From NCBI GenBank assembly GCA_002352545.1, contig DEIO01000026.1, positions 4,099 to 68,098 of the forward strand: a stretch of 64,000 bases of DNA, written 5' to 3'. The notes under the pieces are model-generated. The model had not been told where the DNA came from, did not search any database, and saw only the letters and a list, made by a program, of their open reading frames with translations. The translations under genes were made by a program, and so were the position numbers. This document shows, piece by piece, positions 19,018 through 28,746 of the stretch. This DNA is from Patescibacteria group bacterium UBA2772 (GTDB lineage Bacteria; Patescibacteriota; Minisyncoccia; Moranbacterales; DUUL01). Each line of letters begins with the position of its first letter. The first letter of the stretch is position 1.

Positions 19018-21141
19018 ATGGCAACTCTGTCTCTAAATACATCAATAGAAAAAATCCCTTTTATTTCTACCTCCTGGAGACAAAAGCTTAGTATCCTAAA
19101 CATTCTAACAGTTGAGGACCTTTTATATCATTTCCCTTCCAGGTATGATGACTTTTCTCAATTCAAAAAAATTGTAGATTTACTCATAGGAGAAACCGTA
19201 ACAATAAGAGGACAAATTACCGAAATAAAAACAAAAAGGGCTTGGCGTCGTAGAATGTCAATTACTGAAATATACGTAGCAGATGACACTGGAACGATCA
19301 AGGCTGTTTGGTTTAACTTCGTAGGGCCATTGAAATACGCAAAAAAAGATTCTTTTGTTCAGTTAAGTGGAAAAACTAGTATTTCAAAATCAAATGAGCT
19401 CCAGTTTCAACACCCTAATTTTGAAATAATTTCACAAAAAAAACTCTTGCTGGAAGAAGCTGTATCAACTAATTCCACGTCCACTGGATCAATCGTCTCC
19501 ATTTACCCAGAAACTAAGGGTTTAACGTCTTTTTGGCTCAGAAAGAATATCAAAAGAATACTTGATATATTAGAAGTAGAAGAATCTTTACCGAAAGAAT
19601 TACTAAAAGAACTTAAGTTTCCTTTGTTAGAAGACGCTCTTTGGAGTATTCATTTTCCAGAAAACTCAACTGAAAGTGCACTTGCAAAAAAACGATTTGC
19701 TTTCGAGAAAATGTTTTTATTTCAGCTAAAAGCCCTCTCGGTAAAAGCTAATTGGGATAAAAATAAGGCTCCTAAAGTTAAGTTTAAAAAGAAATTGATT
19801 AAAGATTTTGTAAAATCACTTCCCTTTGTTCTAACAGATGCTCAAAAAAAATCTGCTTGGCAAATCATACAAGACCTAGAAAAAACAACTCCTATGAATA
19901 GACTTTTAGAAGGAGATGTGGGAAGCGGAAAGACTGTAGTTGCAACACTTGCAATTCTCTCTGTAATATCAAACAAATTCCAAGCTGCACTACTTGCTCC
20001 AACAGAGGTGCTTGCGGTTCAGCATTATGAAGGAATCTCAAAACTACTACACAAACTAGGCTTCAAGGGGGCTCTTTTGACTGGATCACAGGGAAGAATT
20101 GGTCAAGAAAAAATATCCAAACTAAAATTAACAAAAAAAATAGCATTAGGTGAGGTTGCTTTTGTAATTGGAACACACGCTATTCTCCAAGACAACGTTA
20201 AGTTTAAAAAATTAGCACTACTCAATATTGACGAACAACATCGCTTTGGTGTAAAACAACGAGCAAAATTACAACAAGGTGCACTTGAGATAAAAGATGG
20301 TTTAAAAACCAAGATTCCACATCTTCTAACAATGACTGCTACCCCCATACCAAGAACTCTCTCATTGGCCCTCTTTGGCAATTTAGATTTATCTATTATC
20401 GATGAATATCCGAAAGGAAGAAAAAAAATCATCACAAAGGTTATTTCTTCAAACAACAGAGAGGCAGTCTATAGATTCATAAAACAAGAAATTGCTAAAA
20501 AAAGACAAGCTTTTTTCGTTTATCCCTTAGTAGAAGAGTCTTCTAAAATTTCGCAAGTGAAGGCGGCTAAGACTGAGTTAGAGAATTTAAAGAATGGACC
20601 CTTCGCAGATTATAATCTAGGTCTCTTGCATGGAAAGGTGAAACCAAAAGAAAAAGAACTTACTATGGAAAAATTTAAAGCCAAAGAGTTTGATATTCTT
20701 ATTGCAACTTCAGTTGTAGAAGTGGGTATAGACATACCAAATGCTTCTGTCATGGTTATTGAGGGAGCAGAGCGCTTTGGATTAGCTCAACTTCATCAAT
20801 TCAGAGGAAGAGTTGGTCGTGGAGCGCATCAATCTTATTGTTTCTTAATTACTTCGAATAACGCTCCTTCTTCAACAAAAAGACTTCACATCATGGAAAA
20901 GACTAACGACGGTTTTTTGATAGCACAAGAGGACATGAAACTAAGAGGGCCTGGCCAATTTATGGGAATCACTCAATCTGGAATCCCCGATATCACAATG
21001 GAATCACTTGCAGATACAAAAACAATACAATTAGCAAGAACAATGGCTCAGGAATTTTTAAAAAATGACCCTCTCTTGAAAAAATCTCCTTCTTTAAAAA
21101 AACGAGTAGACAATATAACAGCTTCTGTTCATCTAGAATAA
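19018..21141 (+). CDS. recG: ATP-dependent DNA helicase RecG
   Basis: N-terminal wedge/OB region and SF2 helicase motifs GDVGSGKT, DEQHRFG, TATPIPRT and QLHQFRGRVGRG. Confidence 0.9.
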   Translation: MATLSLNTSIEKIPFISTSWRQKLSILNILTVEDLLYHFPSRYDDFSQFKKIVDLLIGETVTIRGQITEIKTKRAWRRRMSITEIYVADDTGTIKAVWFNFVGPLKYAKKDSFVQLSGKTSISKSNELQFQHPNFEIISQKKLLLEEAVSTNSTSTGSIVSIYPETKGLTSFWLRKNIKRILDILEVEESLPKELLKELKFPLLEDALWSIHFPENSTESALAKKRFAFEKMFLFQLKALSVKANWDKNKAPKVKFKKKLIKDFVKSLPFVLTDAQKKSAWQIIQDLEKTTPMNRLLEGDVGSGKTVVATLAILSVISNKFQAALLAPTEVLAVQHYEGISKLLHKLGFKGALLTGSQGRIGQEKISKLKLTKKIALGEVAFVIGTHAILQDNVKFKKLALLNIDEQHRFGVKQRAKLQQGALEIKDGLKTKIPHLLTMTATPIPRTLSLALFGNLDLSIIDEYPKGRKKIITKVISSNNREAVYRFIKQEIAKKRQAFFVYPLVEESSKISQVKAAKTELENLKNGPFADYNLGLLHGKVKPKEKELTMEKFKAKEFDILIATSVVEVGIDIPNASVMVIEGAERFGLAQLHQFRGRVGRGAHQSYCFLITSNNAPSSTKRLHIMEKTNDGFLIAQEDMKLRGPGQFMGITQSGIPDITMESLADTKTIQLARTMAQEFLKNDPLLKKSPSLKKRVDNITASVHLE

Positions 21142-21151
21142 TCTATTATTT

Positions 21152-22318
21152 ATGAAAAAGAATAAAAAACTAATTATTGCTCTGGTAATTATCTTGTTCT
21201 TGGTGTTTTTTATCTTTAAAAACACTTTTTTCGATAAAATGCCTCTACTATCAACTACTATAGAAATAACTCCTGATTATCAAAAAAACCTTAGTGAGCT
21301 TGCCCTCACAATCCCACAAAGTAACATTTCCGAAACAGAAACTTTGAAACTACTTGAATCTCACTATCGAGATCTTCTGTTGGCACTTCCTTCTTACACT
21401 AGTTTAACAATATTTACACCCGAAAATAATTCTCTTTTTTTAGAACACTTTTTTAATACAATGAAGTTACCTAATAAAAGGCACTATATATATTCAAAAA
21501 ACATAGATTTTGAACTTTGGGCTCAAGATTATTTTGAACCAATTACCAAAGTCGATTCTTTGGTAAAAACAGACTTGTTGCTTTTACCTCTAGCAAAGAC
21601 AAAAAGCAAAAACTTTAGAAGAACCACTCAAAGAAATCTTTCCCTCTTACCATACAAAGAAACCTTAACAGCACCATTTTTCTTTGAAGGTGGCAATATC
21701 ACTGCAGCTAAAAAAGACTTTTTGAATTATATTTTTATTGATTTTGAAACTATTCAAAAAACACGTACTTTATACAATGAGCTTGGACAAAACATATCCA
21801 AATTAAAAGCGAAGTCTATTATTAAAAATTTCTTCCCTTCCTCCGATGTAATTTTCCTAGGAAATAAATCACGAAAAGAAAATTTTATACATCTAGACCA
21901 ATCCGTTCTTTTTTTAGACAACAATGTAGCAATTATTAATTTGATTGCTGATGAGCCCACGAGTAAAGCATCCATTCAACATCTACTTTACAAAAAACAA
22001 CTTGAAAAGTTAGGATTTACAGTTAAACAGTTGGTTATATCACAGAAAGATATTAAAACTTCAAAATCATATTTAAATGCAATCCCCTTTAAAGACAAGT
22101 TAACTGGCCAAAATAAAATAATTTTTCCTATATACACAGAGGGATTGAAGAGAATAGATAAAAAAGAGTCTCCTCTTTCTAGAGAAGACTTGCAAGGAAA
22201 TGCTCTAAAGGCCTTTGATTTATTCTTAAGCTTAGGTTATAAACCCTTTCCTGTTGTTGATCTTGCTAATACAAAGCAAGGGGGTAGCCTACATTGTATT
22301 ACAAACGTTTTAAATTAA
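21152..22318 (+). CDS. membrane-anchored agmatine deiminase / Porphyromonas-type peptidylarginine deiminase family protein
   Basis: N-terminal TM/signal anchor (LIIALVIILFLVFFIF). The C-terminal GGSLHCITNVL resembles the catalytic-Cys GGxxHCITQQ motif of the family, and ELWAQDYFEP resembles the W.RD.GP motif. Confidence 0.5.
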   Translation: MKKNKKLIIALVIILFLVFFIFKNTFFDKMPLLSTTIEITPDYQKNLSELALTIPQSNISETETLKLLESHYRDLLLALPSYTSLTIFTPENNSLFLEHFFNTMKLPNKRHYIYSKNIDFELWAQDYFEPITKVDSLVKTDLLLLPLAKTKSKNFRRTTQRNLSLLPYKETLTAPFFFEGGNITAAKKDFLNYIFIDFETIQKTRTLYNELGQNISKLKAKSIIKNFFPSSDVIFLGNKSRKENFIHLDQSVLFLDNNVAIINLIADEPTSKASIQHLLYKKQLEKLGFTVKQLVISQKDIKTSKSYLNAIPFKDKLTGQNKIIFPIYTEGLKRIDKKESPLSREDLQGNALKAFDLFLSLGYKPFPVVDLANTKQGGSLHCITNVLN

Positions 22319-22319
22319 T

Positions 22320-23462
22320 TTATTTTTTTATTTTTAGATATACACTCTCTAAAGTTTTTGATCTTTTTTTATTATCGTATTCTTTTGCTTTCCTTCTAGC
22401 AGCTTTACCAAATTTATTTGCTAAAACCGAATCTGAAAGCATTTTTGTAATTTTTTCTCCAAACACTCCTTTTTTTTGATCAACCATAATACCTGTTTCA
22501 CCGTCTTTGAGTTGATCAACGACTCCTGATGCCTTTACAGCAACAATTGGCAAACCAGAGGCCATTGCTTCGGCTATAGTCATACCTTGTGTTTCTGTAA
22601 GCGATGCATGTACAAAAATATCTGTTGTTGCATAAAAATTAGCAACTACACTTTGCTTTACTATCCCCGTGAAAATAAGTTGCTCTAAAATACCACTTTG
22701 TAGTGCTATTTGTTTTATTTCATTCATCAAACTACCTTCTCCCACAAAAAGAAATACTATTTTTTTGTCTTTTTTCAATAAAGGGAATATTTCACCAACT
22801 AAGAACATTATGTTTTTCTCATTTTCAATTCTGCCTAAAAACATAATCACCTTTTGATCAGCTTTTATTCCTAACTTTTTCCTTGTTCCTTCTCTGTCTC
22901 CTTCTTGAAATTTTTGCCAGTCAATGCCCGTTGGTAAAACCTTAATCCTAGCTTTTATCCCTCTTTCTCTCATATAGCTCTTTGTAGTTTCACTTGGAGA
23001 TATGCAAACGTCACAATTATTAGCAAATTTTCTAACTTTACTCCTTACAATATATTTTAATAGTTTTTGAGGAATAATCGGCGGAACATAGTGTGTAAAG
23101 TCTTCATATTTAGCATGATGCGTGAAAACAAGCGGTATATTTTCCTCTTTTGCTATTTTCATTGCATCAACTCCAATCGAAAAAGGATGTTGTGCGTGAA
23201 TAATATCAAACTCACCCTCTTTGATTTCTTCCCTTATTTTATGAAAATACGGTAAAGCAATAGGATATTTTATCTTATATCCAAACAAAAATGCTGGGTA
23301 TAGATGTATGTTTTTTACCTCATACTTATACCCGCGAAAATTTGGAGTAAAAATATGTATTTCATGTCCCAACTCCTCCAATCCAAGTCTGAAATTTTCA
23401 ACAGAAACAGTTGATCCGTACGTTATTGGAAAATATGAATTTGAAAAAAATGCTATTTTCAT
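22320..23462 (-). CDS. glycosyltransferase family 4
   Basis: GT-B/GT4 signature ..ASLTETQGMTIAEAMASGLPIVAV..G..G; 380 aa. Confidence 0.8.
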   Translation of the reverse strand: MKIAFFSNSYFPITYGSTVSVENFRLGLEELGHEIHIFTPNFRGYKYEVKNIHLYPAFLFGYKIKYPIALPYFHKIREEIKEGEFDIIHAQHPFSIGVDAMKIAKEENIPLVFTHHAKYEDFTHYVPPIIPQKLLKYIVRSKVRKFANNCDVCISPSETTKSYMRERGIKARIKVLPTGIDWQKFQEGDREGTRKKLGIKADQKVIMFLGRIENEKNIMFLVGEIFPLLKKDKKIVFLFVGEGSLMNEIKQIALQSGILEQLIFTGIVKQSVVANFYATTDIFVHASLTETQGMTIAEAMASGLPIVAVKASGVVDQLKDGETGIMVDQKKGVFGEKITKMLSDSVLANKFGKAARRKAKEYDNKKRSKTLESVYLKIKK

Positions 23463-24328
23463 TATTTTTCTAAATTACTTGAAATTTGCTCCACAAAGTT
23501 CAAAACCAAAGAATAATATTCTTTTCTTTCACTCTGCACAAAAACATGCTCTTTCCCTGTTAGTTTAATCCATTGCAGTTTTTTTATTTTAGAACTAACA
23601 CTGTTGTAGATTACCCAAGGGGAATACTTTGTAACCAAATAATCCTTATTGGTCTGTAAAATCAAAATTGGTGCTTTTACTTTTCTCAGAGAAAATGCAC
23701 ACTTTCTTATTACGTCCAAAACTTCCCTAACATTTATAGTTGGATAATATTGATAAGATGTTGTATTTAAAAACTCTAAATCTCTTTGAATACTTTTCGG
23801 ATAACTCTTTTTTATATACTTCTTGAAAAAAGGTAACCATAATAAACCAAGCCAAACTCCAAAATGGTTCTTGAGATGCACTGGTGTACCCAAAAGAGCA
23901 ACTCCGTCTACTTTTGCTTTTTGACTAACTAAAAGAGCTACATTGCCACCCAAAGAAACTCCTACTAAAACAACTTTTTTAATATACCTTTTCTTTTTAA
24001 CTAACTTAATTGCCAATTCAGCATCCTTAATCCAGTCGCTTCCCTTCACATTAAACAAATCATCTGGATGCGTTCCATGTCCAGAAAACATTGGGGCATA
24101 TGTTAAATAACCTTCTTTATTAATAAATTCCGCCAACGACCTCACTTGTCTTGGAAGAGCAGACCAACCATGTAATAAAATAACCACTGTATCTTTCTTA
24201 CCAGATAACAAAAAAGGCTTATCTTGCCAGGACTCGATATCTTTTTTAGTAAACTCAGATTGTATTTTTTTTTCTTTCTTTTTATCCTTCATATTTTTCT
24301 GTTCCAAAAACGTGTTTCCAGAAAACAC
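23462..24328 (-). CDS. alpha/beta hydrolase (esterase/lipase-like)
   Basis: HGWS oxyanion region, GVSLGG nucleophile elbow and a late His region (GKEHV). The N-terminus overlaps the upstream gene by 47 nt, so the true start may be internal. Confidence 0.7.
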   Translation of the reverse strand: MFSGNTFLEQKNMKDKKKEKKIQSEFTKKDIESWQDKPFLLSGKKDTVVILLHGWSALPRQVRSLAEFINKEGYLTYAPMFSGHGTHPDDLFNVKGSDWIKDAELAIKLVKKKRYIKKVVLVGVSLGGNVALLVSQKAKVDGVALLGTPVHLKNHFGVWLGLLWLPFFKKYIKKSYPKSIQRDLEFLNTTSYQYYPTINVREVLDVIRKCAFSLRKVKAPILILQTNKDYLVTKYSPWVIYNSVSSKIKKLQWIKLTGKEHVFVQSERKEYYSLVLNFVEQISSNLEK

Positions 24329-26048
24329 GTGGTTTTCGTGGTAATTTTTTTATCTTCTCGTTTTCTTCCTCAACTTCTTCTTGCTCCGTTAATTCAAAAT
24401 TTTCAATTTCAATCTTTTCTGTTACTTTATCCATTATCTTTTCTTCCTTTAATATGTCTTTTTTTTCCAATTCCCAGATAACCATTCTATTATAGAGTTT
24501 TTTAGAAACAATCTCAAACTCCTCTGCATGATCCTTCCTTATAGGATTCTTACCTTCTGTCCCACCATGCCTAACTGATACAAATGAACAACTTTCGTTG
24601 GTATCTGTAGAAAATTTTATTCTTTTAGTAGCTTGGCCTGGATAATACACATCTAAGATGTATTCATATGGGGAAAGATATTCTTTCTCTGAGGTATAAC
24701 ATATCTGTTTGTTGTTCTTCTCTGCAATAGCAGTCCATTTTGCTGCAGTCAGTTTCATTTGTTTTGTACCTATAAGATCGGTTTGTTTTAACTGAAGATC
24801 TCTTACATAAAAACCTTGATGTATTTTTTGCACCTCTAACGAATAATACCAATAACCAACGGCATATAAATTAAAAGAAATTAAAATACCAATTAAAACA
24901 ACAGTAACAGTCTTGGCTGTTTTTTTATGTTTAAATGATTCCAACCATTGTAAGACAAGAGCTAGAAATACGAATGGTAAAAAAGCGATTAGCAACCAGA
25001 ATCTTGGTTTTGAAATATCCATTGCCAATTTAGAGTACAGCACAACAAAAACAGAAAACCAACATATAATCATTAAAATAAAAGATTTTTTTGTTTTCCA
25101 TTTCTCCTTAGTCCAAGAAACTCGAAATCTCCAAATAGAAAAAAATATCATAAATAAAAAAGCTCCTATAAATTCATTGGCCTTAATATTTCCATAAGAA
25201 GTGAGCACCAATGAATAGTATTTAGCATGCAATCTCAATGATCTTTCAAGTTGTGTGCTTAAAGAAATTGGATCTGAACCCTTAGAGGAAAGTGCGTACA
25301 AAAATTGATGGCTATTATCAAAGTCCGTAAAAAATTCACTAATTAACATTGGTGAATAAAAAAATAATAATACACCTAACGCTAGAGCCCAAAATCTAAA
25401 CTTAATTTTTTTAGGCCAATTAAATAACCAAAAGATTCCAATAACTACTGGCAAAGATAAAAATGCTGTGAAATGCAGTTGACTTGCAATTGAATAAGCA
25501 GTAACTGTTAAAATAAGCCACTTACCAGCTTCTTTTGATCCTTTTCCAATAGCTGTCTTGTATCCACTAATAATTGTTAATAAAAACCAAAATGGAATTG
25601 AATTCGGGTTCCAAGCAAAACGGGCATATTGTGTTAATAAAAAAGAAGATGCAAATACTAATGTGACGCCTATACTTACTTTTTTTGAAAAAAAACTACG
25701 TAAGAAATAATAAAATAATGGGATTGTTAGAATCGAAAACAAAAGATCAGGAAAAGCCAATACATATGGCTCAACTGAGTTAAATATTTCAGCAGATATA
25801 AACTGGGAGTAATAAAAAACAGGACCCAATCTCAAAAAAGAACCGGCTGCCCTTGGTCCTAAAAGTGGCAATTCACCAATCCCCCCATCAAATGCTGCTT
25901 TAATTAATTGAGCATCCCTAGCTTGATCCATCCTAAAATATAAAGTATCTTCAATGTTCCATGCCCTAATTCCTAGAGAAATTAACATTGCTAAAATCAA
26001 TATACCAATGTACCAATTCTTTTTCCAATAAACTTGAATTTTTTTCAT
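24282..26048 (-). CDS. polytopic GT-C-type glycosyltransferase (ArnT/PMT family 39/83-like)
   Basis: About 12 predicted TM helices in the first ~400 aa, then a soluble C-terminal domain. The architecture is typical of lipid-linked sugar transferases. Assignment is by topology and pattern only. Confidence 0.45.
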   Translation of the reverse strand: MKKIQVYWKKNWYIGILILAMLISLGIRAWNIEDTLYFRMDQARDAQLIKAAFDGGIGELPLLGPRAAGSFLRLGPVFYYSQFISAEIFNSVEPYVLAFPDLLFSILTIPLFYYFLRSFFSKKVSIGVTLVFASSFLLTQYARFAWNPNSIPFWFLLTIISGYKTAIGKGSKEAGKWLILTVTAYSIASQLHFTAFLSLPVVIGIFWLFNWPKKIKFRFWALALGVLLFFYSPMLISEFFTDFDNSHQFLYALSSKGSDPISLSTQLERSLRLHAKYYSLVLTSYGNIKANEFIGAFLFMIFFSIWRFRVSWTKEKWKTKKSFILMIICWFSVFVVLYSKLAMDISKPRFWLLIAFLPFVFLALVLQWLESFKHKKTAKTVTVVLIGILISFNLYAVGYWYYSLEVQKIHQGFYVRDLQLKQTDLIGTKQMKLTAAKWTAIAEKNNKQICYTSEKEYLSPYEYILDVYYPGQATKRIKFSTDTNESCSFVSVRHGGTEGKNPIRKDHAEEFEIVSKKLYNRMVIWELEKKDILKEEKIMDKVTEKIEIENFELTEQEEVEEENEKIKKLPRKPRVFWKHVFGTEKYEG

Positions 26049-26078
26049 AGATTAACTATATACTAACTAAATCAGTTT

Positions 26079-27140
26079 CTATTTTTTAATAAATAAAGTT
26101 TGGGTTGGATAAGCAAATTCTATCCCTTCTTCCTCAAACTTTTCCATTATTTCAAAATTAATTTTCTCTTGAGCATCCATAAAATCATGATATCCTGGAG
26201 TCTGCATAGTAAAAACAGTTTCAAAGTCTAGACTTGATGAACCTAATTTTTTAAAATGAATTCTATTCAACTTTGCATTTTTTGTTTTTTTGATTATTTC
26301 ACCTACCATATCAGGAATCATTTTTAGTTTTTCCAGTGGTGTCTCGTATGTAACACCAAAAGCAAATGTTGTTCTTCTTTTTTCCATTCTACGAAAGTTT
26401 TCAACCGAACTGTCAGTAAGTTTTTTGTTAGAGATAACAATTTGCTGACCTTGTAATGTCCTCAGTCTTGTTGTTTTTATCCCTACCTTTTCAACAGTTC
26501 CTTTTTCAGTTGGACTAATCGCAATAAAATCACCGACTTTAAAGGGTTTGTCCATAAAAATAGAAAAAGATGCAAACATGTCTCCAAAAATATTTTGCAA
26601 GGCCAACGCAATAGCAATACCACCAATACCAAGACCAGCTATAAGCGATGTCACGTCTATTCCAAAGTTAGACAAAATTAACAAAATACCAACTACCCAA
26701 AGCGAAACTTTTGTAAGCTGCCCCACTAGTTTAACAATGGCTTCTCTGTCTTGATCAGAGTCCTCACCTGATCCCGTTAGAAGTTTTTTAATCCCATAAT
26801 CTATAACTCTTTGCAGGACTGTTATAGTTTGATAAACCACCGTTACTAAAAAGGCGGCAAAAATAATTTTTCTAATTAGACTATTTAGCTCCAAAAGTTG
26901 AGCTGCTGCATATAAAGCAACGAAAAAATAAAAAGGCGGCTTTACATGTTTTACTAAACTTATAAAAAAATCATCTATATCCGTTACAGTTTTTTCTGAT
27001 GCTTTTTTTAGCTTCGCAATAATAACAGACGAAAAGATTCTAAAAACAACTATAAGTCCTATAAAAGTAGCTAATGCTAAAAACCAGCTTTCCCCAGAAT
27101 TTCCTGCTAATTCATATTCTAAAATACTCATTATATCCAT
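26079..27140 (-). CDS. mechanosensitive ion channel (MscS family)
   Basis: TM helices followed by the MscS beta-domain motif PFKVGDFI..GTVEKVGIKTTRLRTLQGQQIVISNKKL. Confidence 0.85.
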   Translation of the reverse strand: MDIMSILEYELAGNSGESWFLALATFIGLIVVFRIFSSVIIAKLKKASEKTVTDIDDFFISLVKHVKPPFYFFVALYAAAQLLELNSLIRKIIFAAFLVTVVYQTITVLQRVIDYGIKKLLTGSGEDSDQDREAIVKLVGQLTKVSLWVVGILLILSNFGIDVTSLIAGLGIGGIAIALALQNIFGDMFASFSIFMDKPFKVGDFIAISPTEKGTVEKVGIKTTRLRTLQGQQIVISNKKLTDSSVENFRRMEKRRTTFAFGVTYETPLEKLKMIPDMVGEIIKKTKNAKLNRIHFKKLGSSSLDFETVFTMQTPGYHDFMDAQEKINFEIMEKFEEEGIEFAYPTQTLFIKK

Positions 27141-27211
27141 TTGTTTTACTAATTTAATAATTAATGTTTTTTCTTATTTTAGCACATTTTACACAGACAA
27201 AGTCTTTTTGT

Positions 27212-28426
27212 CTAGTTTGCAAACCTCATATGTGCTTTTTTGATAATATTATTGATAACATCCTCGTCTCCACAAGAATACCTATTGTCAGCAGAATAGG
27301 ATCTTTTTTTCGAACCATAACAACCACCATTCTCTTTAGGTAATACGGCCAACATTGGCATTAAAAAACCATGGCCTTTATCTGTAAAATTTTTGTATAG
27401 CTTTTCAAGCGTTTTAGCTCTTAAATCCTTGTCCATCTGGGCAAATGTACTCATATCATCATTTAATCTTCCGCTCCAGTCTAGGTGGATAAAAACATTC
27501 TTGGCCTTTGATGCATATTCCTCATGCCAAAGAAGTGCCCAACACCAATCACCCTCTTTTTTCCACCAACGCGAGAAACAAGGACCGTCCTCAAAACTTC
27601 CATCGCTTCCAAGCCCCACACCACCTTCAATATAATCAAATTGTTTAAGATAACTCTTTCTGGTTATATCATTTGTTTGAGCTCCAACTACAATCTCTAT
27701 TCCTCTTGATTCAGCATACACTCTCATTTCTTTTATAATTTTCCCTATTTCTGGATCAGAAATACTATCTTGGTAGAAAACTTGCCCAAACATGAAACTT
27801 TGAACTCCAATGTCAATAGCCTGTTCTGTAATGAATTTAATATATTTACGGTATTCAGTTCTCTCCATCGAAGGCCTGCAGGTATGTTCTCCCCAATAAT
27901 TCTTAGTCGCTTTGTTGCACATTTTAGAAAAATCAAACATTCTGTTTTCTTCCGGATAAAAATATTCCAACTTTGTATCTATAGCCTCTGCTATAAACAT
28001 TCCATATATCATATCTTGTTTGATAATAACTTCTTTATTCTTCCTAATATCAATAAAGTTGGGTGCTTCAAGCCAAGTCTCAATAGCTCTATGTAAATAT
28101 TGACACTCTGATCTATTAATCAATTTTAGAGATTTCTGAGTGTTTTCATCATGTCCGTTTAATAAACCGTCTGCTACACAGCCTTTTTTCTTCATAACCT
28201 CCATAGAAGGCGCTTTAATTGGAATATCAATTTTTATATCAATTTTTTCTTGGATAATCTCTTTTTTCTCTATTGGTTCTTTGGTTTCTTCTTCGACAAG
28301 CTCTTGTTGCTGCTTTGAGTCAACTTTTTGCTTAGCTTTTAGTGAATCAATTTCCACAACAAAAAATATGACAAATACAATTATCAACACTAAAGATACC
28401 CCTATTTTTATAATTTTACTAAACAT
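27212..28426 (-). CDS. hypothetical membrane-anchored, Cys/Trp-rich extracytoplasmic protein
   Basis: 404-aa ORF with an N-terminal TM helix. No family recognised; possibly a TIM-barrel-like hydrolase, which is speculative. Confidence 0.4.
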   Translation of the reverse strand: MFSKIIKIGVSLVLIIVFVIFFVVEIDSLKAKQKVDSKQQQELVEEETKEPIEKKEIIQEKIDIKIDIPIKAPSMEVMKKKGCVADGLLNGHDENTQKSLKLINRSECQYLHRAIETWLEAPNFIDIRKNKEVIIKQDMIYGMFIAEAIDTKLEYFYPEENRMFDFSKMCNKATKNYWGEHTCRPSMERTEYRKYIKFITEQAIDIGVQSFMFGQVFYQDSISDPEIGKIIKEMRVYAESRGIEIVVGAQTNDITRKSYLKQFDYIEGGVGLGSDGSFEDGPCFSRWWKKEGDWCWALLWHEEYASKAKNVFIHLDWSGRLNDDMSTFAQMDKDLRAKTLEKLYKNFTDKGHGFLMPMLAVLPKENGGCYGSKKRSYSADNRYSCGDEDVINNIIKKAHMRFAN

Positions 28427-28537
28427 ATTTTTAAAAGCTACTATATTGTCATGTTAATATAGTTAATGTTTTGTTGCAATCTTTTTTTGTTTCAAAAACT
28501 AAAAATAAAACTCCCTTAAGGAGTTCTTTTTGATTTG

Positions 28538-28609
28538 AGCAGGTGACGAGAATCGAACTCGCGACCTTCTCCTTGGCAAGGAGACGCTCTACCACTGAGC
28601 CACACCTGC
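28538..28609 (-). tRNA. tRNA-Gly (anticodon GCC)
   Basis: Reverse complement GCAGGTGTGGCTCAGTGGTAGAGCGTCTCCTTGCCAAGGAGAAGGTCGCGAGTTCGATTCTCGTCACCTGCT; anticodon loop TTGCCAA. Confidence 0.9.
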
Positions 28610-28625
28610 TTTTATAGTTTACATG

Positions 28626-28697
28626 TGCCGAGAGGCAGGATTGAACTGCCGACACAAGGATTTTCAGTCCTTTGCTCTACCACTGAGCTACCTCGGC
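28626..28697 (-). tRNA. tRNA-Phe (anticodon GAA)
   Basis: Reverse complement GCCGAGGTAGCTCAGTGGTAGAGCAAAGGACTGAAAATCCTTGTGTCGGCAGTTCAATCCTGCCTCTCGGCA; anticodon loop CTGAAAA. Confidence 0.9.
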
Positions 28698-28746
28698 TCC
28701 TTGCACACAAGAATACTTTAGCACCAAAAAAAGGAAAAATCAATAG

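Noticed and set aside
24282-24328. 47-nt overlap between the GT-C transferase and the alpha/beta hydrolase as evidence of a frameshift or fusion
   Set aside because: Both ORFs have complete, sensible termini. The hydrolase has an internal Met (MKDKKKE) that shrinks the overlap. Short overlaps are common throughout this window.
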